Positions 36,316-45,696 of a stretch of 64,000 bases of DNA are shown piece after piece; position 1 is the stretch's first letter, and every line of letters starts with the position of its first letter. The translations under genes and the position numbers were made by a program. A model generated the notes under the pieces. The model was not told the origin of the DNA, ran no database searches, and saw only the letters and a list, made by a program, of their open reading frames with translations. Location of the stretch: contig JAZQDW010000008.1 in NCBI GenBank assembly GCA_045546995.1, positions 3,253 through 67,252 on the forward strand, written 5' to 3'. This stretch comes from Eubacteriales bacterium. GTDB lineage: Bacteria; Bacillota; Clostridia; Oscillospirales; QAKW01.

Positions 36316-38014
36316 TCTGTATACCCGACAGGGAGAGAATCTGCCTGCCGTCCCCCACAACGTTTATCCCCGTCCCATGCTGCGCCGCGACAGCTTTTTC
36401 TGTCTGAACGGCCGTTGGGATTTTGCCGTCACGCAGGCCGCAAAGGCGCCCGTCTTTGACCGACAGATCGTCGTGCCCTTTGCCCCCGAGACCTTGTTGT
36501 CAGGCATTCACGAAACCTACAACGACAAGGCGGTGCTGTGGTATCGCCGCACCTTTTCCCTGCCCGAGGACTTTCACAAGGGGCGGGTGCTGTTGCATTT
36601 CGGCGCGGTGGATCAATGCTGTGACGTGATGCTGGGTGGGGTGCTGATCGGCTCCCACGAGGGCGGATACACCCCCTTCACCATTGATATCACCGAGCAT
36701 TTACAGCCGGAAAACGAGCTGACGGTACGGGTCACCGACCGATTGGACAGCCACGTGTTGCCCTACGGCAAGCAAAAACGCAAGCGGGGCGGTATGTGGT
36801 ACACCCCCACCACCGGCATCTGGCAGACGGTCTGGCTGGAGAGCGTGCCCGAGCAATATATCACCGCCCTTCATTTTACCGTAAACGCAGACACGGCCGA
36901 TCTGGAGGTGGAGGGCGTGACGGAGGGCACGGTCACCGTGACCACCCCCTTCGGCCCGTTACAGCTGCCGCTGACCGACGGCAAGGCGCACATTGCGCCG
37001 CCCTTTCCCCAACCCTGGACACCGGAGGACCCCTATCTCTACGAGGTGACCGTCCGCACGGCAACGGACTGCGTTTGCTCCTACTTTGCTCTGCGGGAGA
37101 TCTCCACCCGCTTTTATGACGGGATCAACCGCATCTGCCTTAACAAAGAGCCTTATTTTCTCCACGGACTGCTGGATCAGGGCTATTGGTCGGACGGCGG
37201 TATGACTCCCGCCGATCCTGCCTGCTTTGAGGAGGACATCCTGCGGATGAAATCCCTGGGCTTTAACACCCTGCGCAAGCACATCAAGATCGAACCGCAG
37301 CTGTTTTATTATTATTGCGACAAGCTGGGGATGCTGGTGATGCAGGATATGGTCAACAATGCCCATTATTCCTTCCTGCGGGACACCGCCCTGCCCACCC
37401 TGGGACGGTTACGGAAAAAGGATGACAAGCTCCACAGAGACAGCCGCACCCGCGCCGCATTTCTTACGGGTATGGACGAAACGGTGGCGTTACTGAAAAA
37501 TCATCCCTGTATCTGCCTGTGGACCATTTTTAACGAAGGCTGGGGGCAGTTTTGTTCCACCGACGCCTATTATCGGCTGCGCAAGGCCGACCCTACCCGG
37601 CTGATCGACACAGCATCGGGTTGGTTTATTCCCGAAGTCAGCGACGTATGTAGCCGCCACATCTATTTCAAATCTCTGCAGTTGGAGCGCAGTCGCAAGC
37701 CCTACTCCCTATCCGAATTCGGCGGCTTTGTCTACAAGGACAAGGAGCATTCCTTCCATCCCCGTCACACCTACGGCTACGGCAGTTGCAAAACCAGAGA
37801 AGAATTTGTCAGCCGTCTGCAGGCATTGTATCGCGACGAGGTACTGCCGCTGATCCCCCGGGGGCTGTGCGCCGCCGTATATACACAAGTCAGCGACGTG
37901 GAGGACGAATGCAACGGCCTGCTGACCTATGACCGCAAGGTGATGAAGGTCACGCCGGAGGAATTGAGATCCCTGTCCGAGCAATTGTGCAACGCCGTTA
38001 CCCCCGAGGTATGA
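36308..38014 (+). CDS. GH2-family glycoside hydrolase
   Basis: 568 aa from MRDLYTRQ... with sugar-binding, Ig-like and TIM-barrel regions. The acid/base context is TIFNEGWGQ. Its start overlaps the end of the MFS gene. Confidence 0.8.
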   Translation: MRDLYTRQGENLPAVPHNVYPRPMLRRDSFFCLNGRWDFAVTQAAKAPVFDRQIVVPFAPETLLSGIHETYNDKAVLWYRRTFSLPEDFHKGRVLLHFGAVDQCCDVMLGGVLIGSHEGGYTPFTIDITEHLQPENELTVRVTDRLDSHVLPYGKQKRKRGGMWYTPTTGIWQTVWLESVPEQYITALHFTVNADTADLEVEGVTEGTVTVTTPFGPLQLPLTDGKAHIAPPFPQPWTPEDPYLYEVTVRTATDCVCSYFALREISTRFYDGINRICLNKEPYFLHGLLDQGYWSDGGMTPADPACFEEDILRMKSLGFNTLRKHIKIEPQLFYYYCDKLGMLVMQDMVNNAHYSFLRDTALPTLGRLRKKDDKLHRDSRTRAAFLTGMDETVALLKNHPCICLWTIFNEGWGQFCSTDAYYRLRKADPTRLIDTASGWFIPEVSDVCSRHIYFKSLQLERSRKPYSLSEFGGFVYKDKEHSFHPRHTYGYGSCKTREEFVSRLQALYRDEVLPLIPRGLCAAVYTQVSDVEDECNGLLTYDRKVMKVTPEELRSLSEQLCNAVTPEV

Positions 38015-38019
38015 TCTAT

Positions 38020-38048
38020 TGACTTCCCGTCCCATCGATGATATAATC
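38020..38048 (+). promoter_or_regulatory. sigma-A type promoter
   Basis: TTGACT, 17-nt spacer, TATAAT, immediately after the GH2 stop. Confidence 0.5.
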
Positions 38049-38073
38049 CAAAACAGAAAAACGAGGTGATCGG

Positions 38074-39738
38074 ATGAACTTCAAGAAAATCAAAAAACGC
38101 TTTTCCGGGCTTGGCGGCGCACTGACGCTGTCGGTGGCGCTGGCCTTTCTGGCGACCGTCTTTGCGCCCCTTGAATTATTTGTGGGCAGTCAAGCCGATT
38201 TCTGGTTTGATCACAAGCAATTGCTCATCAGCGGCGCGTTGCTGTTTTTACTGGTAGCGGCCGGGCTGTGCCTGCTGTTTTTTTTACTGCGACTGTGCGG
38301 AAAATGGCCCCTTGCCATCGGCACCGCCGTGGGCTTTGGCCTGTTGCTGGCCATGTACGCGCACGGTAATTTCCTTTCCGGCAATCTGCCGCCCATGGAC
38401 GGCACCGAGGTGGACTGGGGTGCCGACCCAACGCAAAGAATCATCAGTCTGGCGGTCTTTATTCTGTTGCCCGTGGCGGGCATCGTGGCGGCCGTCTTTC
38501 TGCGCAAGCTGTTTCCCAAGATCGTTTTGTGGGGCAGCGCGGCGTTGAGCGCCGTATTGTTGTTGACCGCCGGCACCCTGCTGATGACCACCGATTTTGC
38601 CCAAAAAGAGGGCTATCTGGGCCCCACCGCCCTGGGCGATATGACCTACTCCACCGACCAAAACCTCATCGTACTGGTCATTGATGCGGTGGATGCTGGC
38701 GCCCTGCAGCAAGTGATGGAGGCAGATGATGATTTTGCCGACACCTTTGACGACTTTACCTGCTTTACCGATGCGCTGGCCGGCTATCCCTTTACCCGCA
38801 ATTCCCTGCCGTTGATCCTGACCGGACAATGGTTTGAAAACGAGACCGACTTTGACAGCTACGTTGACCAGGCCTTCCGGGCCTCCCCGCTGATGCATAA
38901 GCTGACACAGGACAACTATCGCATCGGTCTGTACAATGACGGCGAGCTGCATTTTGCCGCCCAAAACTTTGAAAACGTATTTGAAAACCAGATCTATTTG
39001 CGTCCCTTCTTCTCCTCCCGCTGGGCCTCCTTTAAGGTACTGCTGAAGATGAGCGCCATCCGCTATGCTCCCTGGGATCTGAAATATTTCGGCTATAACG
39101 TGGCGGATTATGCAAATTCCATCCGCCGTCTGCCCACCAACGATTACGGCACGGTGAAGAAAAAGAATACCGAATTTTACAATGCGCTGTGCAAGGAGGA
39201 TGCCCTGACCCTGGTGGAGGACAAATGCGCCCGCATCCTGCATATCGAGGGCGGTCACGTGCCCTTCCGCTATAACAAAAATATGGAGGTCATCGAAAAC
39301 GGCACCTATCAGGACAATCTGGCCGCCACGCTGACCATCTGCAAGACCTTCCTCCAACGGCTCAAGGACAGCGGCGTATACGACAATTCCGCCATCGTCA
39401 TTATGGCCGACCACGGCTTTAACCCCCAAAAGGGCAGCGGTCTGACCGGCCGCACCCATCCGGCACTGCTGATCAAGGGTGTAAAGGAGACGGGGGAGCA
39501 AATGGTCAAAAACGACACGCCCATCTCCTACGAGCAAATGGCGCAAGCGCTGACCAAGCTGACTGACAAGGCCCCCGCCGCAGAGCTGTTTCCGAAGGAT
39601 GCCTATCCCGACGGGCGCCGCTATATCGGCTATTGGTATCTGTCCGAGCACGCCATGGAAGAATACCGTGTCAGCGGCCGCGCCGACGAGATCGACAAGA
39701 TCAAAACCACGGGTACAAAATACCTGACCGAAAAATAA
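38074..39738 (+). CDS. membrane-anchored alkaline-phosphatase-superfamily protein (LTA synthase / sulfatase-like)
   Basis: 554 aa. About 5 N-terminal TM helices, then an extracellular domain with VLVIDAVDAG (metal Asp), PFTRNS (candidate Thr nucleophile) and IMADHGF. Confidence 0.7.
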   Translation: MNFKKIKKRFSGLGGALTLSVALAFLATVFAPLELFVGSQADFWFDHKQLLISGALLFLLVAAGLCLLFFLLRLCGKWPLAIGTAVGFGLLLAMYAHGNFLSGNLPPMDGTEVDWGADPTQRIISLAVFILLPVAGIVAAVFLRKLFPKIVLWGSAALSAVLLLTAGTLLMTTDFAQKEGYLGPTALGDMTYSTDQNLIVLVIDAVDAGALQQVMEADDDFADTFDDFTCFTDALAGYPFTRNSLPLILTGQWFENETDFDSYVDQAFRASPLMHKLTQDNYRIGLYNDGELHFAAQNFENVFENQIYLRPFFSSRWASFKVLLKMSAIRYAPWDLKYFGYNVADYANSIRRLPTNDYGTVKKKNTEFYNALCKEDALTLVEDKCARILHIEGGHVPFRYNKNMEVIENGTYQDNLAATLTICKTFLQRLKDSGVYDNSAIVIMADHGFNPQKGSGLTGRTHPALLIKGVKETGEQMVKNDTPISYEQMAQALTKLTDKAPAAELFPKDAYPDGRRYIGYWYLSEHAMEEYRVSGRADEIDKIKTTGTKYLTEK

Positions 39739-39744
39739 AGCACA

Positions 39745-39781
39745 TAAAAAATCGCGAGAAAAATTTCTCGCGATTTTTTTA
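39745..39781. terminator. bidirectional terminator
   Basis: AAAAAATCGCGAGAA-aaa-TTCTCGCGATTTTTTT lying between convergent genes. Confidence 0.8.
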
Positions 39782-41164
39782 TAATTTTCTGAAGTTTTCC
39801 ACCCGATGGAAGGTGATGAGATTACTGTCGTGAAAGTCGGCGGCGCCGTTCATCGAGGTGCGGCACAGATACGGGATATCCTCACCGCTGAAAATAAAAT
39901 CAACGTACTGAAAACCGTGCCGATTTATATCCTTATCACGGTAGTCGATCAAATCCTTTGCCACTCTCCAGTCTTTTAAATCATCACTGACCAGCAAGGA
40001 AAGCAGATTGCGGGGCGGCCGTCCCCGACGGGTGCGGGGGCCATCCTCAAAATAGCGGGTAACTACCGAATAATATCGGCGGCTTTGCTCGTCATATAAA
40101 ATCTCAAATTTCGAGTGACCGGCGGGGAAATCCACCGTCCGATCAAATTCGACAGGCGCCGTGGGATCCTTTCCCACTGCATACACGATGGCCTTGGCCG
40201 CCGTACATTCAAAACGCAAAATATCCGTAAGCTTGCCGTCGGGCCATACCGCCACCGTTCCTTCAATGGTAGCGGTCAGGGGGGTCACGTCGGTAAGCTC
40301 CGACACCCATGCGGGATCCAGCGCCTGACGGGCGCTGACGCTCCAATTCCCGGCCTCCAGCAGATCAGCCTCGGCATCACAGCTGAGCACGCCCACCGTA
40401 AATCGGGTCTTTTCCCCCGGGGACGGACGTACGCCCCACTCATAAGAGGTATACAGCCGACCGTTATGCAGTAAAACGTTTTGCGGAGCGCGGTGATAGC
40501 CCTCCGTTCCCGCAGTTGTTGCGCGAGCGATGACGGTAGGGGCGCCGAAGGTCTTACCGCCGTCGGTGGATCTGCCGATGAGCAGGTCCCCGAACTCGGT
40601 GGAGCAGGCCAACATATACAGCTCGTTTTTATGCAAAAACAGCTTACCCCAAAAGCAGGGATGCAACTCGCTGTGATAGCGCCAGCTCTTCCCTTCGTTC
40701 GTGGAGCGAAAGATCAGAGTATGATTTTGGGGCGCAAATTTTGCATACACGTCCATACTTGCCAGCAGAGAGCCGTCGGGCAAACGCACCAGAGAGGGGG
40801 AGGCCAGACAATGGCCGGAAAAGGCATACGCCGAATCCTCGGGATGCAGATAGTTGACCACCACGCCCTCGCACCTACCTGCGCGGGCAAGACGAATGGG
40901 GCTTTTACGCTCTCCGCTTTGTACGAAAAATTCGTACTCGGTGTCGGTTTGCAGACCGTCCAGATCATATCGAGGTTCCACGCAACGCCCGTGGCAGGAA
41001 AATCCTTCCGTCCCACGGACACGAAAGTAAACTTCATATTCCCCGCACTCACCCAACCATTCAATCCGTACAGACGTTTCGGCGGGCGCCAGGCGGCAGA
41101 TATAAATTCCGTCGTCCGCCCCGGACGGGCGATAAGGGGCAAAGCTCCATAACGTTTCCTTCAT
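39779..41164 (-). CDS. BNR/Asp-box repeat glycosidase, sialidase-like, no signal peptide
   Basis: 461 aa from MKETLWSF..., with Asp-boxes STNEGKSW and STDGGKTF. The start shares one nucleotide with the upstream stop (TAATG). The ORF-track start at 41296 would overlap the upstream gene. Confidence 0.65.
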   Translation of the reverse strand: MKETLWSFAPYRPSGADDGIYICRLAPAETSVRIEWLGECGEYEVYFRVRGTEGFSCHGRCVEPRYDLDGLQTDTEYEFFVQSGERKSPIRLARAGRCEGVVVNYLHPEDSAYAFSGHCLASPSLVRLPDGSLLASMDVYAKFAPQNHTLIFRSTNEGKSWRYHSELHPCFWGKLFLHKNELYMLACSTEFGDLLIGRSTDGGKTFGAPTVIARATTAGTEGYHRAPQNVLLHNGRLYTSYEWGVRPSPGEKTRFTVGVLSCDAEADLLEAGNWSVSARQALDPAWVSELTDVTPLTATIEGTVAVWPDGKLTDILRFECTAAKAIVYAVGKDPTAPVEFDRTVDFPAGHSKFEILYDEQSRRYYSVVTRYFEDGPRTRRGRPPRNLLSLLVSDDLKDWRVAKDLIDYRDKDINRHGFQYVDFIFSGEDIPYLCRTSMNGAADFHDSNLITFHRVENFRKL

Positions 41165-42093
41165 TACGCCTGCTCCTTCAACTGTTTTTCCAAAGCATCG
41201 GTGACCGTTTTCATCTGCGCCAGACAGTCCTCTGCATAGGGGGTCATTTCCTCCCCGCGGCGACTGCGGCCGATGATTTCGGTGGGAATACCGCACAAAT
41301 TCATATGATATTTAGCGCTTAAGGGATACGGCAGGCCACTTTCGGTAAAGCAGAAGGTGCCCAGCACGCCCTGCACCAGATCGGCGCGGGGATCGGTATA
41401 ATTTTTGCCCAACCATGCATACAGGGCGGGGTGGAAGTTGGCCATCACGCCGCAATAACCGTCGGCGCCGTCCCGCATGGATTGAAGCAAGGTCTGGCCG
41501 TTGGCGTTGAGCAGTTTAAACTGACTGCCGGCCAGCTGTTTACACCGCTGACGGATGATGTCGATATCGCAGCAGGTATCCTTCATATAGTAAAACCGAC
41601 CGGTGGACAGACACCAATCCAAAATTTTAGGGCTTAACAGCCGCTTGTAAGGATAGGGACATTCGTAAAAGCCCAGTTTTGCCTCCGGCGGCAGCATCGC
41701 AAGCAATTTTTCTCCGTTGGCGATAAACACGTCATCCCCCTCGTTATCCGGATCCAGCCGATTGGTGATGAGGATGAGGGCGTCGGTGCCCGAACGGTAG
41801 ATGGCGTTCAGCTCCTCTGCCTGTTGCTCCAGCGTATTGGAAACGTGACCGGAAGAGACCACGGTAAAGGGACGGCCGTACTGCCGCTCCAGCTGTTTGG
41901 CGCGGGCATAGACTCTGCGATTGAGCTCCACCCGTTCTTCCAGCGTCAGAAAAAAGATCTCGCTGGACTGGCACACGGCAAAAATGCCGTCCAGCCCGTT
42001 TTCAAAATACCAATCCACATAGCGCTCCGCCGTTTCATAGTCCACACTGCGATCCGCCTTATAGGGGGTGATCATCGTCGTAATGATTTCCAT
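41164..42093 (-). CDS. DapA/N-acetylneuraminate-lyase-family (class I aldolase) protein
   Basis: 309 aa with the typical N-terminus ...TPY..D.S.D......YV.W....G.DGIF. It is coupled to the sialidase-like gene. Confidence 0.75.
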   Translation of the reverse strand: MEIITTMITPYKADRSVDYETAERYVDWYFENGLDGIFAVCQSSEIFFLTLEERVELNRRVYARAKQLERQYGRPFTVVSSGHVSNTLEQQAEELNAIYRSGTDALILITNRLDPDNEGDDVFIANGEKLLAMLPPEAKLGFYECPYPYKRLLSPKILDWCLSTGRFYYMKDTCCDIDIIRQRCKQLAGSQFKLLNANGQTLLQSMRDGADGYCGVMANFHPALYAWLGKNYTDPRADLVQGVLGTFCFTESGLPYPLSAKYHMNLCGIPTEIIGRSRRGEEMTPYAEDCLAQMKTVTDALEKQLKEQA

Positions 42094-42242
42094 AACAGAA
42101 GCCTCCGTATTTATTTTACAATTTTATTATAATTTCTTCTCCGGGAAAGGCAATGCAAAAGAAAGACCATATTTTATGTTTTTGGGACATTTAGTTGAAA
42201 ATTGCAAAACCTGCCGTTATACTGTAAAAGAGGTGATTTTCG

Positions 42243-43049
42243 GTGAACATAGTGTACAAACAAGCGTCCTCTTCCGTGCTTGGCGCCCACGGCATCAGCG
42301 ATTGTTATTATAAAAAACTGACCTTGGACGAAAAAAACGACCATGCCAAGTGTCACCATCACACCGGATACGAAATGCACATCGTCCTGCAAGGACAACA
42401 GATCTATCGTATCGGCGATCAAAACTGTACCCTGTCTGCCGGCACCTGTCTGGCAATCGCGCCGGGCGTCCCCCACAGTCTGTTGCGCAATGAAAGCGGC
42501 ACGCAAAAATACAGCCTGACCTTTCGGGCTGCCGCCGTGCCCGTACCCTATCGGTTGTTTCCCCTGTCGCCGCGGATGCGATCGGATCAGGAATTTATAG
42601 AAGAGGAAACGGAACACTCCCGAGAAAGTTCGGGCTGTCTTATCGAGCACGTCGTTTTGGAGATGATCCTCACCACCCTGCGGCAGATGGGTCTGCGGGA
42701 GCAGACGGTGACCATCCCCCGAGAAGAGGGTACTGCCCTCACCCTGGCCAAGCAATACATCCGGGACAATCTGGATCGTGCGCCGTCGGTATCGGAGGTG
42801 GCCGCCTATTGCAATCTCAGTCCCAAACAGCTGACCCGTATTTTCCGCAATCAAAACGGCACCACGCCGGGACAATATCTGACGGCCTGTCGGGTACGGC
42901 GCATCGAAACGCTGTTGGCGGAGGGCAATTTGTCCCTGCGGGAGATCAGCGAACGGCTTTCCTTTTCCTCCGAGTATTATCTAAACGCCTTTTTCAAGGC
43001 AAACGCCGGTATGTCCCCCGGCGCCTACCGCAAAATGCAAGGCAAATAG
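42243..43049 (+). CDS. AraC-family transcriptional regulator
   Basis: 268 aa with a GTG start. Cupin-like N-terminal domain and C-terminal HTH (...EVAAYCNLSPKQLTRIFRNQNGTTPGQY...). Divergent from the lyase/sialidase-like pair. Confidence 0.85.
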   Translation: MNIVYKQASSSVLGAHGISDCYYKKLTLDEKNDHAKCHHHTGYEMHIVLQGQQIYRIGDQNCTLSAGTCLAIAPGVPHSLLRNESGTQKYSLTFRAAAVPVPYRLFPLSPRMRSDQEFIEEETEHSRESSGCLIEHVVLEMILTTLRQMGLREQTVTIPREEGTALTLAKQYIRDNLDRAPSVSEVAAYCNLSPKQLTRIFRNQNGTTPGQYLTACRVRRIETLLAEGNLSLREISERLSFSSEYYLNAFFKANAGMSPGAYRKMQGK

Positions 43050-43052
43050 GTA

Positions 43053-43985
43053 TCATTTGATCAGCGCGCTCAATGCGGCAATGTCCTCCTCCCGGACGAT
43101 CTTGATATTATTGATACTGCTCTCCACGAAATTGATCTCATAGCCCAGATTATAGAGTAGCATCGTGCAACAGGTCTCACTGAAGGAATGCCGTTGCGCC
43201 GCCGCCTTATCAAACACCTGCCACAGCAGCTCCATTCGATGGGCCTCGGGCGATTGCAGGGCGATCATAATATTCCGATCCACGTAACGGGCCTGCTGCC
43301 CCGACACGTTAAACTGTACGTAGTCCCTCATAGAATGGCAAATGGTGGCGCTTCCCTTTTCGTCACAGGCGGTCAGCAGACGGGATATGGTCTCGACGGT
43401 GACCAGCGGGCGGGTGGCCTCCTGAATGATCATACAGTCCTCTTTCTCGCATCGGTGGCGCAGATACTCCACCGCATTTTTCAATGAGGCAATACCGCTG
43501 TTGCCGGCAGGAATGAGCCCCCGCAGCTTGGTGATCCCGTACTGCCCCGCATAGGCGGTAACAATATTTTCCCAACCCTTCAGGCACACCACGTAGATCT
43601 CATCGACCGCCGGATGGGCCTGATAAGCATCCATACTGTACACCAGGATCGGTTTGCCGTGCACGTTAATAAACTGACTGGGAATATTTTGACGATTTCG
43701 CCCGCTTTTACCCCCGGCCAGAATGACCGCAATATGTTTTGGCCGCCCCTCGGGCGCCATCGGCGCAACGACCGGCATTACCGCAGCCGCGCCGCCGATC
43801 AAGGCCTCCACCGTCGTATCCAGCACAGCAGCAAAGCGCTGCAGCTTTTTTTGAGAAACGTCGTTTTCCCCCGATTCGATCTTGGCAATGGTGGAACGGG
43901 TGCGATAGCCCATGGCATCGGCCAGCTCCTGCTGGGACATTTTCAACTCGTATCTTCTTTTTTTAATATTGGCGCCTACCGACAT
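43053..43985 (-). CDS. XRE-type HTH fused to an IspD/TarI-like cytidylyltransferase domain
   Basis: 310 aa from MSVGANIKKRRYELKMSQQELADAMGYRTRSTIAKIESGEND (XRE HTH), then AVILAGGKSGRNRQNIPSQFINVHGKPILVYSM (IspD-like glycine-rich loop). AAGGAGGG lies upstream of ATG 43985. Confidence 0.75.
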   Translation of the reverse strand: MSVGANIKKRRYELKMSQQELADAMGYRTRSTIAKIESGENDVSQKKLQRFAAVLDTTVEALIGGAAAVMPVVAPMAPEGRPKHIAVILAGGKSGRNRQNIPSQFINVHGKPILVYSMDAYQAHPAVDEIYVVCLKGWENIVTAYAGQYGITKLRGLIPAGNSGIASLKNAVEYLRHRCEKEDCMIIQEATRPLVTVETISRLLTACDEKGSATICHSMRDYVQFNVSGQQARYVDRNIMIALQSPEAHRMELLWQVFDKAAAQRHSFSETCCTMLLYNLGYEINFVESSINNIKIVREEDIAALSALIK

Positions 43986-44071
43986 AGTTTTCCCTCCTTG
44001 TTCTTTGTGTATATTATAAATCAACATTTGGTGATTTTCAAGACAAAAAATCTGCCAAAACCGCCCTTTTG

Positions 44072-44100
44072 TTGACAATTGTTATACAAATCAGTATAAT
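44072..44100 (+). promoter_or_regulatory. consensus sigma-A promoter of the LicC-like gene
   Basis: TTGACA, 17-nt spacer, TATAAT. Both hexamers match the consensus exactly. Confidence 0.65.
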
Positions 44101-44142
44101 TATCTCTTGGAAAACCATTATTACGAAAGGATGATTATACAA

Positions 44143-44883
44143 ATGAAAGCAGTTATTTTCAACTCCGGTTTGGGCAACCGTATGGGTGAGTTTACCCAAA
44201 CCCACCACAAATCCATGGCTCGTCTCAAGGATGGAGAGACCATTTTTCACCGTCAGATCCGTCTGCTGAGCGCCGAGGGCATCAAGGAATTTATCATCAC
44301 CACCGGCCCCTTTGAGGACCAACTCAAGGCGGAGGCCGCCGATTTCCCCGAGCTGAGCTTTACCTTTGTCCGCAACGACATTTACGATAAGACCAACTAC
44401 ATCTACTCCATGTTTCTGGCCAGAGAGTATATGAACGACGATCTGGTATTCCTGCACGGCGACCTGGTATTTAACCGCAAGCTGGTCCACGACGTGCTGG
44501 CCTGCGCCGACGCCAACACCGCCACCGTCAACTTCAAAAAGGCTTTGCCCGAAAAGGACTTCAAGGGCAGAGTTAAGGACGGCAAGGTGCTGGAAGTCTC
44601 CATCCACATCTTTGACGAGGATTGCTTTGCCTTCCAGCCCTTCTATAAGATGGAAAAGGCCACTGCCGCCGCCTGGATCGGCAAGGTAGTGGAGTTTATC
44701 CACAAGGGCGAGGACAAATGCTATGCTGAGAATGCCCTCAACGAGATCTTCCCCGCGCTCAACGTGCGCGCCTTCTCTTACGAGAACTATTACATCGACG
44801 AAATCGACAATCTGGACGATTATGCCCGTGTTACCGCCGAGATCCTGTCCTTTGACGAGGCAGACAAGGACATTTTTGCCTGA
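44143..44883 (+). CDS. LicC-like sugar-/alcohol-phosphate nucleotidyltransferase
   Basis: 246 aa from MKAVIFNSGLGNRMGEFTQTHHKSMARL (GxGxRM...K loop). ATG 44131 is an alternative start. The long antisense ORF 44038..44928 is rejected. Confidence 0.75.
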   Translation: MKAVIFNSGLGNRMGEFTQTHHKSMARLKDGETIFHRQIRLLSAEGIKEFIITTGPFEDQLKAEAADFPELSFTFVRNDIYDKTNYIYSMFLAREYMNDDLVFLHGDLVFNRKLVHDVLACADANTATVNFKKALPEKDFKGRVKDGKVLEVSIHIFDEDCFAFQPFYKMEKATAAAWIGKVVEFIHKGEDKCYAENALNEIFPALNVRAFSYENYYIDEIDNLDDYARVTAEILSFDEADKDIFA

Positions 44884-44901
44884 TTCGGCGGCATGATTCC
44901 G

Positions 44902-45177
44902 TAAGCAGTGGAGGAGCCATCCGAACACGCCTGAAAGTGCATAATTTCGGTGCTTTTTGGATTATCGTCGTCGGCAGGCGTCAGCCTTGCCTCCTCCTCT
45001 GCACCAAAAATCTCTTAAAATTCTGCGCTTTCAGGTCGCAGAATTTTGCCGGAGCCGATTTTTGCATCGGCAAGGCATAAAACGCAGCCAATACTTTGTG
45101 TATTGGCGAGTATTTTAACACAGCTGAGGTGAAAATCGGCCCGTCAAAATCAGGTTCGGATACTCCTCCGCTGCTTA
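44902..45177. repeat. 276-bp element bounded by about 25-bp terminal inverted repeats and packed with hairpins (MITE-like or structured RNA)
   Basis: TAAGCAGTGGAGGAGCCATCCGAAC (44902-44926) pairs with GTTCGGATACTCCTCCGCTGCTTA (45154-45177). Internal hairpins include AAAATTCTGCG-ctttcaggt-CGCAGAATTTT, GCCGAT-ttttgc-ATCGGC and GCCAATAC-tttgt-GTATTGGC. Confidence 0.5.
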
Positions 45178-45242
45178 GTTTTACAAAACAAGTGGCGTTT
45201 TTCTATTGTATATAAATAATTAACATAATTTCAAAAAAATGC

Positions 45243-45271
45243 TTGCAAATTGAAAAATTATGTGGTATGAT
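45243..45271 (+). promoter_or_regulatory. rplS promoter (extended -10)
   Basis: TTGCAA, 17-nt spacer, TGgTATGAT. Confidence 0.55.
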
Positions 45272-45344
45272 ATTTTGGCGATTATACGGACAGTCCTCTG
45301 CCTTTGCTCGTACGAATGTCCGGAATTTTAAGGAGGAAGTTACA

Positions 45345-45686
45345 ATGGATTTTATCAAAGCTGTAACAAGTGAGCAAATTAAAGAGAACCGTTTTGAACT
45401 GAACATTGGTGATACAGTTAAGGTTCATGCAAAGATCAAAGAGGGAAACCGTGAAAGAATTCAGGTTTTCGAAGGTACGATCATTTCCAAGCACGGTAGC
45501 GGCATTTCCGAAACCTTCAAGGTTAGAAGAGTTGCTTATGGTGTTGGTGTAGAAAAGACCTTCCTGGTTAACTCTCCCAACGTTGAAAAGGTTGAGATTG
45601 TTCGTAAGGGTAAGGTTCGTCGTGCCAAACTGTTCTATCTGAGAGACCGCGTCGGTAAAGCCGCCAGAGTTAAACAGAAGATCTAA
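45345..45686 (+). CDS. rplS: 50S ribosomal protein L19
   Basis: 113 aa: [62 protein letters not shown]... TAAGGAGG RBS. The ORF-track start at 45243 is an extension. Confidence 0.95.
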   Translation: MDFIKAVTSEQIKENRFELNIGDTVKVHAKIKEGNRERIQVFEGTIISKHGSGISETFKVRRVAYGVGVEKTFLVNSPNVEKVEIVRKGKVRRAKLFYLRDRVGKAARVKQKI

Positions 45687-45696
45687 CTTGCAAAAT

